A DNA stretch of 63,781 bases, the filler included, from Klebsormidium nitens (lineage: Eukaryota; Plantae; Klebsormidiophyceae), in NCBI GenBank assembly GCA_000708835.1. It is 9 parts of 9 records of this genome, joined end to end, with 100 filler letters (N's around TTAATTAATTAA, not from the genome) between each part and the next. Parts side by side here need not be neighbours in the genome. Positions count along the whole stretch, not along the records: positions 1 to 13,694 come from DF238059.1; positions 13,795 to 27,762 come from DF238054.1; 7 more parts are not named here. One strand, written 5' to 3'. The notes beneath the pieces were generated by a model. That model was not told where the DNA came from. It saw nothing but the letters and a program-made list of their open reading frames with translations, and searched no databases. The translations under genes were made by a program, and so were the position numbers. This document shows positions 11,701 to 23,930 of the stretch, piece by piece (position 1 is the first letter of the stretch; the number at the start of each line of letters is the position of its first letter).

Positions 11701-13423
11701 TGGCGGGCTTCGACATCCTCTAAATTGTTGAGGCAAATTTCAGGTATACCCTTAAGAAGGAACAACAACGATAAGATTCGAAATTGCTAGCAGAACGTTC
11801 AAAATCAGGAGAGATAATTAGCAGTGTCCCAAAGATAATCACTCGAAAATACTTCTTGAAACGAGAAAGATGCATCAAGAGAAAGCGACTCTTGGTTGGC
11901 CTTCAGAGGAAGTATGTTCGTAAAAGTATGTTTAGCGAAGACAAAGGAGGTCAGCTAGGAGGAGAGTCAATCTAAATCCAGAGAGGAGCTTAGCATCTGG
12001 GCACAGTATTTTCAATCTTAGAATGGGGAGTAACGAAGTCTTTCAGTGGTCAGACGATAGAGTGGGAAATGCAAAAACCGAATCGATAACCTTACCGGCT
12101 GCAGCGCCAAGCCCGCTCCGTTCCAGGACGCAATGCGCGTGAACAACCCCTCGACCAAACGCGCGCGCACCATATGGTACCGGTCAACAAACATTACCTG
12201 CACAGGCAATATCTCTTTTTGTCTGTGCTCGAAAGATCGCTGTTGCTGAGGGACAAAAAAAAACTTGAGGTTGGGGCAGTGTGTAGCATGCGCTCTGCCC
12301 AGAAACGAGCTTTTGCATCTGGATTTTCCTATTAAATATTACGGTCCGTCTCCTTCCGGCGGGAGCCGCAATTGCAGACTGACTTTAATCCCCTCAATCG
12401 CCGATGCACGATCAAGAGGCGTTGGAGTGCCCCGTGCACCTTGACTGTATGGCAGAAAGATGTATAAAGCGAGGACGAGGAGAAGTTTTGCTTCTTACAA
12501 AATACACCCGCACCGTGTGTATCTTGATGGCAGTGACTACGTAAAAGTGACAGGTGCACTTCTAAGAGTTGACCACTGGACTCCACCTCGACTCATTTTC
12601 CAGATTGATCTTAAAACCAATTTGAGAAACCGAGCCGCTCACTTGCATATGTTTCATGGGTTTATGGCGCTGGGCATCAGTCGGAAGCTTGGCGGAGATT
12701 AGAGAAGAGAAGCAAAAGCCCTGTTCAACATCAGCTGAGCCACCAATTTGCACCACCAAAGGTCTTCTGTGCGGCCTCCTAATGGACTTCCTACACCCTT
12801 TGCCAACATATCTCTAAGTTGGCGGCTAATAAAAACAACACGAACACTTAAACTCCCTCTGCCACCCTAAAAGCAACCTGAGCGTGTACCTGTAAGTGGT
12901 ACCTGCCCCAGTCCAGCGACTGGCCCCCCTCCGTCATGCGCGCCATCTTCCATTGCAGAAGCGCGTCCCCGACTGTGTCCACGTCGCAACTTGCCTGTGA
13001 TGAGGAAGGCCCCTCGTCCATTCCGGCGTCACTACCACTGGACGCGGCTGCACTAACTAGACGCGAGCTCATTTTCTGAGCCTTCTGACGCGAAAGAAGG
13101 GCGTTGAGTAGTCTTGCTTGGCATTGGCACTGGCGCTCTGTGACGAAGGGTTTAGTTTGCGGATTTCCAGTTCCGTTTATACGAGTGGCTTTCAGAGGGT
13201 CTGGAGGCGGCAGCTGATTAGGAAAATCTAGGTAGCCTCGTTTAATCTGTTCTCCTTGATAGCAGTGAAAAGACCTATCATGCTGCGCGTCCGAAGAACA
13301 TAACTTGTTCCTCTTTAGGCTCCAAAGAGTGTGAGAATGTTGTGGAGAGATGCTGCTTTTCCTAGCTGCTGTAGAATGTAATGCAGCTAAGCCTCTCTGG
13401 CACGTGATCTCTGAAGCATGCAT
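8738..13423 (-). CDS. LMW protein-tyrosine-phosphatase/ArsC-fold protein, predicted catalytically dead, long N-terminal (transit-like) extension, 371 aa; join(12890..13423, 12096..12197, 11099..11220, 10223..10334, 9391..9498, 8738..8875)
   Basis: Six exons with GT-AG junctions keep the frame (1116 nt). The protein follows the LMW-PTP motif order: QVMFVDRYHMVRARLVEGLF (P-loop), HSSG (cf. DSAG), RFQRSDLDMHDMIVAVD, HKVRLLMDF, EIERPY (cf. DIxDPY), then a C-terminal helix SCSGLVRFLLD. Confidence 0.85.
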
Positions 13424-13794
13424 TGCTTTCCGCTGGGGGCTGATTCGTCCAATGCTGCACGAGCCTTTCAATGTCAAGATGCAAATATTCGTGTTGCACC
13501 CCACGTCAACTATAAAGAGCGCCACTTCAACATGGAAGGAAGCTAGGTGCTCCCTTGGAACGCCCTCTATTGGTGGTCAAGCCAAGTGGTGGCCACCTCA
13601 TATGAGCTCGAAGCGACGGAGGATTTGTTTCTTTGAAGTTTGAGAGGGTCGGAAGCAATGTTCGCATGGCGAAACTAATTCTTTTCGCCAACTTNNNNNN
13701 NNNNNNNNNNNNNNNNNNNNNNNNNNNNNNNNNNNNNNTTAATTAATTAANNNNNNNNNNNNNNNNNNNNNNNNNNNNNNNNNNNNNNNNNNNN

Positions 13795-14230
13795 CTTGAG
13801 TTGGACCTCGGGACGGTCCAGATCTCATGCGGCAACCAACGGGCAATTTGGCTCATAAAGCATCCGATCGCTTCGCAGCGGTCGAAGCACATTGACGTGA
13901 TTCACCACTTTGCACGAGAGCGCGTAGCACGTTCGGGGGTCGCGTTCGCGTACTGCAGGACGGAGGACATGACGGCTGACATCATGACCAAGGCGCTGGG
14001 ACCGGGAAAGTTCAAGAAGTGCAAGAGCGAGATAGAAATAGCATAGTCATTGGAATGTGGGGGAGTGTTGAGATACGGGCATTTAGGGACCGAATCTCTG
14101 AGTAATTTTAGTGTTTGAGGATCACGACGTCGACGGTAATTCAACGGTAACGAGTAGTTACGGTTACACGGTTCAATGCGCGCGGATTACAGTGTTACAC
14201 CCGAGTTGCTAGTGGGAGATCGGACACTGT
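13795..14230 (+). mobile_element. 3' end of a Ty1/copia retrotransposon: RNase H C-terminus, PPT and start of 3' LTR
   Basis: RSKHIDVIHHFARERV...TEDMTADIMTKAL (13801-14046). Purine tract GTGGGGGAG (14057-14065), then TGTTGAGATACGGGC at 14066. The 5' part lies in the gap and the LTR end was not found. Confidence 0.9.
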
Positions 14231-14749
14231 AGACAGTTTTGCAGTCACGTTTTTCCAAAGAAAGGCTTTCACAAACGTGGAATTATTTTCTTTGCGTGAT
14301 TTTATTTCTACGTGTCCTTTGGTTCATCTGCCTTGCGCCGCCGCAACGCTGCTGGTGTGAATAGCCCCACTACTGCAAGCCACTTTGTGCTTGTGCAAGT
14401 TCGTGCGCCAAGTGGACAAAAACGTTGGCTGCTGTTAATACTATGAAAAAGTTAAGCTTCTTCTGGTCGGCGTCAACCGCCTTTGTAGAAGGGGCCACAC
14501 AACAAAGACAACGTTTGCGAGTGCGGGTGTACGTTGTGTCGGCCCGTCCTCCCCGACAGCCCCCCCTCTGCCATGTGTCGATACGCCAGCTCCACGTACG
14601 CCAGCAACGCCGCCCTTTGTGGTCTTAAGTATCCTCTGCTCCAAACCCCCCACTCCCTTGTTATACAAACCGGAGTGCATCAACCGGACTGCCTTGTTTG
14701 CAAAGACAAAACCCTCCCCCGGTGGCCCCTCGAAACCAAACCCGGGGAG

Positions 14750-15700
14750 CCTGACGTCGTATGCCAAGTCAACAAGTATGTTCCTACAGGGAGACTCGAT
14801 GCTGCGGGGCGTCCCAAGAAGCGGATCTGCCAGCTCGAGAAAAGCACCTACGCCAGGAATTTGTTCCGCCGCTGAGGCAAAACTCAACGCCAATGCGAGG
14901 CACTTCTACGCGGGCCAAGTGGCAGGACGCCCAATTCCCTAAACTCATCGCCACTTTCCTCAAGCAAATTGTCGTCTCCGTGATCGACTTTGCTGAAAAC
15001 TACTCTTTTCAAGTCAAAACGAGATTCAAAGCATGCATTGGTACAATGATAACGTCGCCATCATGATGCACATCATATACCGACATGCCGAGCAAGCGGT
15101 TGACGGGCAGGAAAGCGGGGGGCGGGCCCAAACATCGTCAAAGACTCGCTACATCTCCGATGACGAGGACCACGGCACCGTTTTCGTCCAGCACTCTTTG
15201 GTCGACCTCCACTCTCCGTGGCTTCAGGCAAATGGGGTCACCATTGACAAGCACGCGTTCTTCTTCTCTGTTTAAGTCTACCCACGCGTTTTACTTCGAC
15301 ACTCAGCACCTTGCCAGGCTTACGAGGGTGCCGGCTGAGTGGACCCTTTTCTTCGAGTCGAGGCACGGGAATGGGAGCACGACGGGGATCCAGGCGCTCT
15401 CATCAAGTTGGCCATCCGCAAGTGGCAAGGAAAGTGGCGATTGCTTGATTGTCAGGACGCCCCAAGACTCACAAACGCGAAGGAAGTCGTCGAGCTCCTC
15501 AAGGCTCGACTCTCCACCGCGGCGCCGTCCTCTTTCCCTAGTCGAGCTGATCAGCGGGCTGAACCAGCCGGTTCTTCCACTCGAACCTCATCTCGATCAA
15601 GGTTGTTGCCAATCTGCCAAAGCTCTATTGTGCAACGGTGCCCGGAACATGGAAGATTCACTTTCTCAAAGGCAGCTCCGCCAATAATCATACGCTGCTT
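14750..15700 (+). mobile_element. Degraded DDD-type DNA transposase, Sola-like (superfamily tentative)
   Basis: Frameshifted segments VIDFAENYSF (14986-15003 core), EIQSMHWYND, YISDDEDH, FKS...EWTLFFESRHG.GEHDG (15364-15386), AIRKWQ. This motif order is typical of DFxENY/HGKGxxDG transposases. The SDG catalytic segment appears damaged. Confidence 0.6.
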
Positions 15701-17279
15701 CGGCACAAGGAGTTGTCTTGCTTTTGCGAGGAATGCTGGGCAGGGAACGAGCTTCTCTGCGCGAATAAAGACCGGGTAAGGGTTTAGGTGACCAACGGGG
15801 AATATCCCGGATGCCTTGTTTGAAGACGAGGATGAGGAGCAAGTGTCTTCGATGGTGATTCTGACGAGCTTTCGGGTTTATTGCAACCGGGTGATACCTT
15901 TGCTGTTCCTTGTGACAACGCCGGCAGATTATATTGTAGCACCGTGCACGGGGTCTGGATTCGGAGTTGATAAGGCGGAGACGGAATGGCTGAGGAACGT
16001 CTGTCATGGTCCGTGATATGGCAGTTGAGTGTCTTTATTTTACTTTGAAGTCGAAGCTTCGTGTTTGCCACAAGTATATAGAGAATGATGTTAAGTAAGC
16101 CTTGACGATCTGCTTTCGCATTGATTAGAAGCGTTCGATTCGAAATGCCCCCCGAGACGGAATTGAAAAGGCGTAGACGACAAAGAAGACCAAGTGCGCC
16201 AACGGGCTACACATGAGAGTTGGAAGATCACGAGAACATTTTGCAAAGGTTGCAAGAAGTTGCGCTGTCAATGTAACACGTTAAAATTTGACAAGTGGGG
16301 TTCTAGAACCGATTTGCTTATGTAATTAGTCTACGGAATTCACACCGCGCCGCATAACATTTAAACGCAATAGCCTCTTGTTAGTAAATGCATGAATGAG
16401 ACAAAGTTATTGGAGAACTTTGCAATTTCAAAGCTACTCTGATCAAGCAATATGTCCCGATTGCTGTGCATACATGTTGAGCCAACATTTGTCCAACTTA
16501 CGTGCAATTACGCTGAAGCTGACATTCCTACACACCAATTCACATATGTAGCTCCTATATCAAACCGCATGTCGAGTATGATGTAGATTAATTATTTGTA
16601 AAAGCTCCGAACTGTAGTTGATGTCTTTGCTCTGTAATTGAATGCGCCCTATGATTAGCTAGCCCAGCCTACTCTGATTGATCGAATTGTAATAGGCTAT
16701 CCAGTTTTTACTTACCAGACTACCTATGCCGCTAGGTATACTAGTCATGCAGCATGTTCTTGTGTGCTAGGCTACTAGCATGCAACCAGTATTACAAGGC
16801 TTAAAACAATGCAATGCAGAATCTAGCCCCTAGCACTGATTTGGACACTTGTACAGGCTACTCGGCGCCATGTTTTCTACTTGTCAGAAGGCTACCAACA
16901 ATGCATTTTGGACTATCCAAGTCGGCGCCGACGACCATTGCGCGCGACAAAATGAGCAGTGCAGCGGCCGCGTCGACCGTCACGCGAAACCGATCTCTGA
17001 CTGGATTGAACTTACCACGTACCGCGCCGATGCCGCAAGTCGCGCACCGCCGGCGCGTCGTCAAAATTTGGTTATTTGACCGTGCTGTACAGCCCGCCCC
17101 AATCCGCCTAGTAGCAAAGCCCTGCTCTTTCCACGGAAGTTCAAATCAACCGCTCCGCCAAACCGTTTTTTGGGGAGAGAGCCTCGCCGTGGTCCGCTGC
17201 ACTGTCCCTCATTTCTAAAGATGGCCGTGATCCCCTCGTTTAAAGTACTTTCCACTCCGGTCCGTTCGCACCGCGTTGA

Positions 17280-18400
17280 GCTTCTTTTCGAATAATGATT
17301 ACAACTGTGAACAGACAAATACGCTCATCGTGAGCGTCATACCAATGCTCGTTCGCTTCATTGGTTGGACCACCAAGAGCTTGCTATTGAGGGTGGCCAA
17401 GTATATACTCTCCGACCTCTTCGACATCACCAACATAGGTTTGCACACGTCCAACATATGCGAATATGCACAAGCTCGAAGAGCTCCGTACTCTCCTTGG
17501 AAAGCGGCTTCCGAGGTTGCTCCCCGAACGATGCAAGCCTTCGCACATCGAAGTCCTCTCCTCTCAAAACGCCTCAGCTTTGACTTTTTGACATACCATG
17601 TTCGTGAATTTGAACGCGCGCCTCGCGGGCCCTCAACCATTTGGGCCAGACTCTCACTGCCGGCGTGCCCCAATCTTTGGTGCCATGTGCACCACAGAGC
17701 TCTCGGCTTCTTGCACAAGCAATCATGTTTCATCGGGCACGTGCCCCAAGCGTTCTTTGTCGCTTTCAAGCTTCAAGAAGCATGACCTCACCGTCCAAAA
17801 ACATTTTGCGCTCGTCATCGCAGAACACATTCTCGGCCCCTACAGTGGTAAGCCTAAAACTCCACCGAGAAAGAGGATTCCCGCAACACCGGAACATTTA
17901 TGCTATCTAATGTGGACAAAGTGAAACTGCTCGCCAGCTGGCGTTCCACATGGATCGCAACTCCATGGTGCCAACCCCGGCTACCGCGAGGAACGCCTCG
18001 TTTCATAACTAAATCGCCCGAATCCCCCGCTCAAGCATCATCGATCATGTGTAGAAAACAAATTCTACTCATTCCCATCATGTGTTGACGACTTCAATCC
18101 ACCCTCCGTTCTTTGTCCCTACTCCGGCTACAAGAGCAACTCCTTGCCGGCCCCCTCCTCCTTTAAGCAATACCTTATGAAATGGTCCAGGCTACTATTG
18201 AAATGTAGCATGATCTTTTTCCCGACGACTTGGGCTTTTCGGGCCCCCAACACAAGCAATCAAAGTTCAGAATGCCGCCTTTCACCCAGCCACCTGTGCC
18301 GCCCAAGTGGGACATTTGGGAATGCTTGTTTTCGATTGGCTCGCGGATCTCAGGCAAGGGCCGTGCGTGACGTAGGCAGTTTTCCAACATTATACCGAGC
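17280..18400 (-). mobile_element. Degraded Ty1/copia internal region (gag knuckle/protease remnants, GAG-pre-integrase, integrase start)
   Basis: ORF 17299..17769 contains WHQRLGH (17665-17685) followed by integrase-like LDVCKPM..SKRSESIYLAT..SKLLVVQPMK. Multiple frameshifts. Confidence 0.75.
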
Positions 18401-18716
18401 TGTCAAGGGAGTAAAGTTGACACTACGGTAGTGCACTGAAGCTACACTAAATATTAGTAATCTAGTATCCAATTTGAAGTGCTGAAGTCACGGGGTTCAT
18501 TATCGCGCGCGACGGTTCAAATTTAAAATAACCGAACCAAAGGACGTACGTGAAACGTTCTTATTCCTGGTGAGCATGGAATCTTGAGGCGCGAGAGCGC
18601 CTGGTGATAAACTTCTCGGAGAGAAGGTGGTGTAAAGATTACACCTTTGGTGGAATTCCAGAAACTACATGTCTCATTCTTGCTCCCTCTTGGGAATTGC
18701 ATGCATAATCTGAGGT

Positions 18717-19866
18717 CACGGGACAGCTACGGTGCAAAGTAGGTCCCGGCAGATTTGCGCCGTCCGGCCGGGAGATTTAGGAGCAGTTCCGTACGAGTGC
18801 GAATTTGCATGTGCGCCAAATCAGGCCACCAGTCGGGGCAGTCAAATTTTACCGGGGCCCAAAATTGCCCTCGATTTGCGCCAAGTTTGCGCCAAGTTAC
18901 AGGTTCTTGAGTTTGCTCCGGAATGACATCAACGGGCTGAATGTTACGTAACGCCGAAACCGCTTGAAGCTGAGATGTTACAGCCAAGCGATATTTTACA
19001 GTAGCCGGGTTTGGCGTATTTACCCTGGATTCCAAGATCGGGTCGACACTTTCTTAGATAACGCTTATGTACCTACCGGTACCAGCTTCAGAGGTTCCAT
19101 GATCAGGTCCGTCGCCTAGCGGTACCTTGTCGGTACAAACCCTTCCGACATCAAATCAAATATGTCAGAGTCAGAATGCGGTAGCATCGTTCCGTACCAG
19201 TTTTCACTATACCGTACATAAATTTACGGTACTAACATAGATCCAGGTACGCGAAGAGAACCCCGGGCGCCCTTACAACTAACAGTTATGACTCAAAGAG
19301 TAGTCGGTTCTCGGAGGTTCCGAGTACGTACCAGACTCGCGGTCCGCGAACAGTGGGTACACTGTACCGGAACGTAACGGTCGAGAGGTTGAAGGTCCGA
19401 AATTTGAAATCTGATGTGAAAAGCTCACGTTGAACTTCAAGATATGGTAGACGCAAAGAAGCTCCTCTTTGGCTACTACGTGGCTACTACTACCTTATTT
19501 TGAGCATAAAAACATGTAGAAATGGAAACTTTCAGTGCAGTGAAGCACACCAAGCTTTTTGTAGACATCAAGGCTGAACTTCTATTCAAGTGGCACCTCT
19601 GTATCTCTACTTGAGGTGCTGCAATATGCAAGCTTAAAAACCCCCATTTTTCAGCTAAAAATGAGCAATTTGGGGCAAAATTCCCCCATCCTGTCCAAAA
19701 CTCGGGGGAATATGGCACGGTCCCCCCCCGAGTTGCTTACGAAGTACCTAGATTTACCCAGTCGTAAATACGCCGAACCGTAGCGATTTCGGACGGCGGC
19801 CGCCTCCGATAAATTCATTCGGCCCCGATTTGCCCTGTCCCGATTTTGCACCGTAGCTGTCCCGTG
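18717..19866. mobile_element. Non-autonomous TIR element (1150 bp) with 22-bp perfect TIRs starting CACGG
   Basis: CACGGGACAGCTACGGTGCAAA at 18717-18738 and its exact reverse complement at 19845-19866. Flanks AGGT/TGGT (possible 4-bp TSD with one mismatch). No transposase ORF inside. Confidence 0.85.
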
Positions 19867-20307
19867 TGGTATATGATATTATGAGTCGCATACTTGCAAT
19901 CCGTGCACATGCATAGACTCAGACACCTTATGCGTGCCTTATGCCCGTTTTGAATTCAACCGAATCCGAATATCCGACGGAGGAACTGGCTCGGGGTTTA
20001 ACTCGCGGCCGTACTGCGCGTTAATGACACAAGTCCGCGCTCGCGACCCGCGAGCGCATAGCTCCCTGCGATGGGCTCGAAAAGCTAGCGTCGGTAGAGT
20101 ACGGCGCTTAGTATCTTACGCATAGTCTGACATGTTACTGGACATCAGACCTTATTACCGCCGGAACAAATTTTGCTGAGGTCGCTAGTATGCGACCTAC
20201 TCTGTTCAGCAGTACCGCCGGTAAGCCAGACTGATTAGTACCTTGCGAATACCGCTGACGACAGCCGAAAATCTTGCGAGGCTCTCGTCACGGCCGTCAA
20301 TGGAAAA

Positions 20308-21000
20308 TCAACGGTTTGCGACAGGGGTGACAAAGCGAGAGGCGGTGGTAGAATAAAGCCCGGGGCTCGGGCAGCTCTGATTTCGTATGCAAAACTTGGA
20401 CCGGCACTCTCTATCAAAGTGCCCAATTTCACAACATTTGTGGCAAGATATTGAGATTGGGCCGTAAATTTGTGTTGTGGTCACTCGATATCGAGTCCGA
20501 TTAACTTGATTCCCAACATCCATGCTCATCAATCATTTGATGGCCCAGCCATATATGCATCATAGGAAAAAACACATAGAGCTCCTTACAAGCGGCTTCC
20601 TTCTCTCCAAATCTTTCTTCAAATGATATATGACAAACCTGTTTCTCTTCTCTATTGTCTCATAAATGTCTTTAGTCCCACTAGACTCATTGGCCTACTG
20701 CGGCTCTTTAACTCAATTCATACATACTTCACAAGGCTCACTAACCTGGATCATAGTCACTTTTAATTCTAGCCAAGTTATATCTTTATTTGCGGCTCAC
20801 ATCATTGACGGTACGTCCACTCAACCGCCTAACCCCCACATTTAACCGCCTAACCGCCGTTTATGCAACTTGCACACAACCGCGCTCATTAGTTCAAACC
20901 CTAATCGGGGCCGAACCCTAATCACACTAGAGTTCGGCCAGGACTATATAAACATCGAATCCCCACACTAGAGGCTCAAGAGTGACACAAAAGCCTTCCC
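20308..21000 (-). mobile_element. Old LTR-retrotransposon remnant (gag zinc knuckle plus LTR-like sequence)
   Basis: CHKCCEIGHFDREC (CX2CX4HX4C) in ORF 20308..20532. The stretch at ~20860-20925 (gcgctcattagttcaaa..ctaa..gggccgaaccctaatcaca) matches ~40850-40900 within the copia LTR. Confidence 0.55.
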
Positions 21001-22162
21001 CGGGCCACCTTTCCCTTCATAGCGTTGTTGAAGTAGCCTTGCAACCTGGCCTCTAACTCTGGTTGCTTGATAGAAAAGTGATCGGGGACTTTTGGGCAAA
21101 GGTTCGATTTTAAGTCGTGAGGTCACATGAAACAACAGAACATGTCAGGGGCGAAGCGTGGCCCTCAACCTTGTAGGCCGAGACGTTCTACGGTTAGAAT
21201 GTAGCTAGGTCATTGTGAATGATTGGCCGCACCACGACAGGTTGCACATCGACTGCACTACCTTTTCGTTTGGATCCACTGCGCTGTTCTGACTAGCCTG
21301 ATAGAGTTGCTCGACGGTGAAAACATTGAATACATACGGATCAGCGTCCTCCTGGAGTTGGCATACTAGTCGAAATTGTCACGTGTAACACATCATCAAC
21401 GTAACATTGGCCGTAGAGGCACAAGTAGACAAGCCTTCGCAAAATTTGCTCGTTGTACGATCAAATTACATAAATCCTGACATCAATGTGCAAATGGCAA
21501 AGTTCCGCCTTGAATTCCGCGCGGCCTGGCCCTTCTCGTTGCCGGGCCCGCAAAGTCCACCTTCCCACGGTATATCCATGTCACCCTTTTCAATGCAGCG
21601 CCTGCGCTCCTCCGAGCGCTGCTCGCTTCAAGAGCGGATCGCCTGGCGTGCTCCTTAATTAACTAGATGGACCGGTACTAGCCCAAGGCAAGTCACCTGT
21701 TTCTCGGCGGCGTCGTTTCGACCGATTATGTCATGTGGAAAGGGTGGCAAGTCAATGATCGTCCCCAGAGCAAACTTACTGGGAGTAGATTATTCAAAAG
21801 AGACCGCCTGACTCTCCAGATTGTGGCATCATACAGAGCTACTGTCTCAGCGGCTAGTTAAATGTACCACCAAAACCCTTTGACATGATAATGAATGCTT
21901 GATCAACCTGGGGATCGGGCCGACACTTATTCAGGAGTCCAAGTACCAGACAATGAAGAACGAACTTATTCTCTACAGCAATTTTGCTTGGCCCAACTTG
22001 CGAATGGCCCATCATTGAGCCGGGAGCTTGAGCACGTGATACGCTACAGGTCTATAAGGCTACGCTGGCCCTATAGCGGATCAGAATACACTTGCGGAAG
22101 CCCTTGTCTCGCTCACCAGCTGCGCTCTCGTAAAAACTGCTTACTTCAGATCAGCACACAAG

Positions 22163-22604
22163 TGTGACCTTGTTCCTTGACCTTCTCCCTCAAGGCCATC
22201 CTTCCTGGTTCAATACGTACAGAACGTACTACACACCCAGGTTGGCATTCCTATCAGGTACTCAGTCGAATCAGTACATGAGACTTGGCCGCATGGATAA
22301 GTCTAGACAGAGCTGAGTCGAGTCATCCCGTCATACATCATCATCCAATGATATGCATTTGTGTCACGTGTGAGTCGTCGCGTCCAATGCGCGCGCCGAC
22401 TGATATGTGTACATCCAGATATACCACGTGTCCGGTAGTGCACATGGGTACGAGTGACAACTAGACTGAGGCGACAAATGAATGTAGCTCAGAATCTTCA
22501 GAACAGCGCTTCAGAACAGATATTCGACTACCCTATTGGATAAGTCTTGCCGAACAGAATTGATACGAGGCCGTCCGAATGGATATGCCACACGGATCGT
22601 AACA
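22163..22604 (-). repeat. Probable 3' LTR of the gypsy element (~442 bp)
   Basis: On the minus strand, the purine tract GGGAAGAGGCGAG (22605-22617) is directly followed by TGTTACGATCCG at 22604. The distal end was chosen at GGTCACA (22163) for its TG..CA imperfect inverted termini and is tentative without the 5' LTR. Confidence 0.6.
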
Positions 22605-22785
22605 CTCGCCTCTTCCCGGGGGATGCCCCCGGGGGGGTCGCCGGATCTGGAGATTGTAAAAACCTACAGATTAGCACAGAGTGCAGAACAGTTACAGAGA
22701 GACACAGAATCAGTATCAGAACACAGTTTTAGTAACCACAGTCAGTCAGTATGCCCAACCAGCACAGCTGAGTCACAAGAGGAGA

Positions 22786-23930
22786 TTAGCGGTTCCGTCG
22801 GACGCGTGTTTCTCCAGGAATTGGTGCAGCTGGGGCAGCTCCTATGCCAGCAGCTCGTCCAATTCGTTGCCAGTACTCTCCTATCACCTCAGGAGCGTTC
22901 GCGACATTACCTTCAGGTTCCCATGAGTTATGTTCTGGACCATAACCCTTCCAGTGAATGAGATACCAGAGGTTTTCCCGTTTGCGATCAGAGAAATGGT
23001 GGTCTAGTATACAGTCGACCTCATATTCCAGATGACCTTCCAACTAATTGGAATAGGTGGGGGTTGGGTTCGCCCATCAGAACGATAAGGCTCCAGAAGA
23101 GAGACGTGGAAAACGGGGTGAATACGCCAGCCCGGATTCAACTCTAGTTTATACGCCACAGAACCCACCTTTTGCACGACAGTGAAGGGATCCACCCAAC
23201 GGGGCGTCAGCTTGCGGCTTCGCTCCGCGTGCTTCAGAATCAGATTTTTGGTACTCAGAAGTACCTTGTCCCCGACAGCGTACGTCATTTCGAGGCGCTT
23301 TTTATCCGCGAATGCTTTTTGTCTCTGTCGAGCTGCAATCAGAATTTTGCGTGCACGGTCATGTAAAGATTGCAGGCGTTCGACAAAAGCAGAGGCGTCA
23401 GAAGGGCGTTTATCCGAAGTCGACACACCCAAGGGAGTGCGAGGATGACGACCAAGGACCAGATGAAACGGTGTATCACGGATGCCTTCGTGGTAGGAGT
23501 TGATGTAGGCGAATTGGGCTCTTGACAGCCATTCGTCCCAGTCAGTCATTGTCGGCGCAATGAAATGACGCAGATAAGCCTCCAACGTTTGATTGGGAAT
23601 TTCCGTTTGACCATCAGTTTGTGCGTGGAAGGCAGATGACATACACAGTCTCGTGCCAAGAAGCGCAGTGACCTCCTGCCAGAACGCACTTGTAAAGCGG
23701 GTATCACGATCAGAAACGAAGGTCTTACTCAGTCCTTGAGCAGCCTGGACGTGATCCACGTACAGCTTGGCAAAGCCCTTGGCTGTAATGGTTTCTGTAC
23801 AGGGCACGAAGATCGCCATCTTCGAGAACCTGTCAACAAAAACACAGATGGTGTCATTACCGCGAGGAGTTAGCGGCAGCTTAGTGATTAAATCATAACT
23901 GACCGAATCAAAAGGCCCGTCAGGTGTAAC
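22786..23930 (-). pseudogene. Gypsy integrase core and C-terminal chromodomain (frameshifted)
   Basis: FVDRFSKMAIFVP, FVSDRDTRFTSAFW, AFHAQTDGQTE, GPY-like WVDPFTVV, HPVFHVSLL, and chromodomain EYEVDCILDH...YLIHWKGYGPEHNSWEP. Confidence 0.9.

Noticed and set aside
13695-13794. TTAATTAATTAA palindrome embedded in N runs (also in gaps at 27763, 39275, 44495, 46457, 48912, 51820, 60460)
   Set aside because: Identical placement inside fixed 100-nt gaps; a scaffolding linker with stops in all frames, not biology. ORFs ending ...LIN are artefacts.
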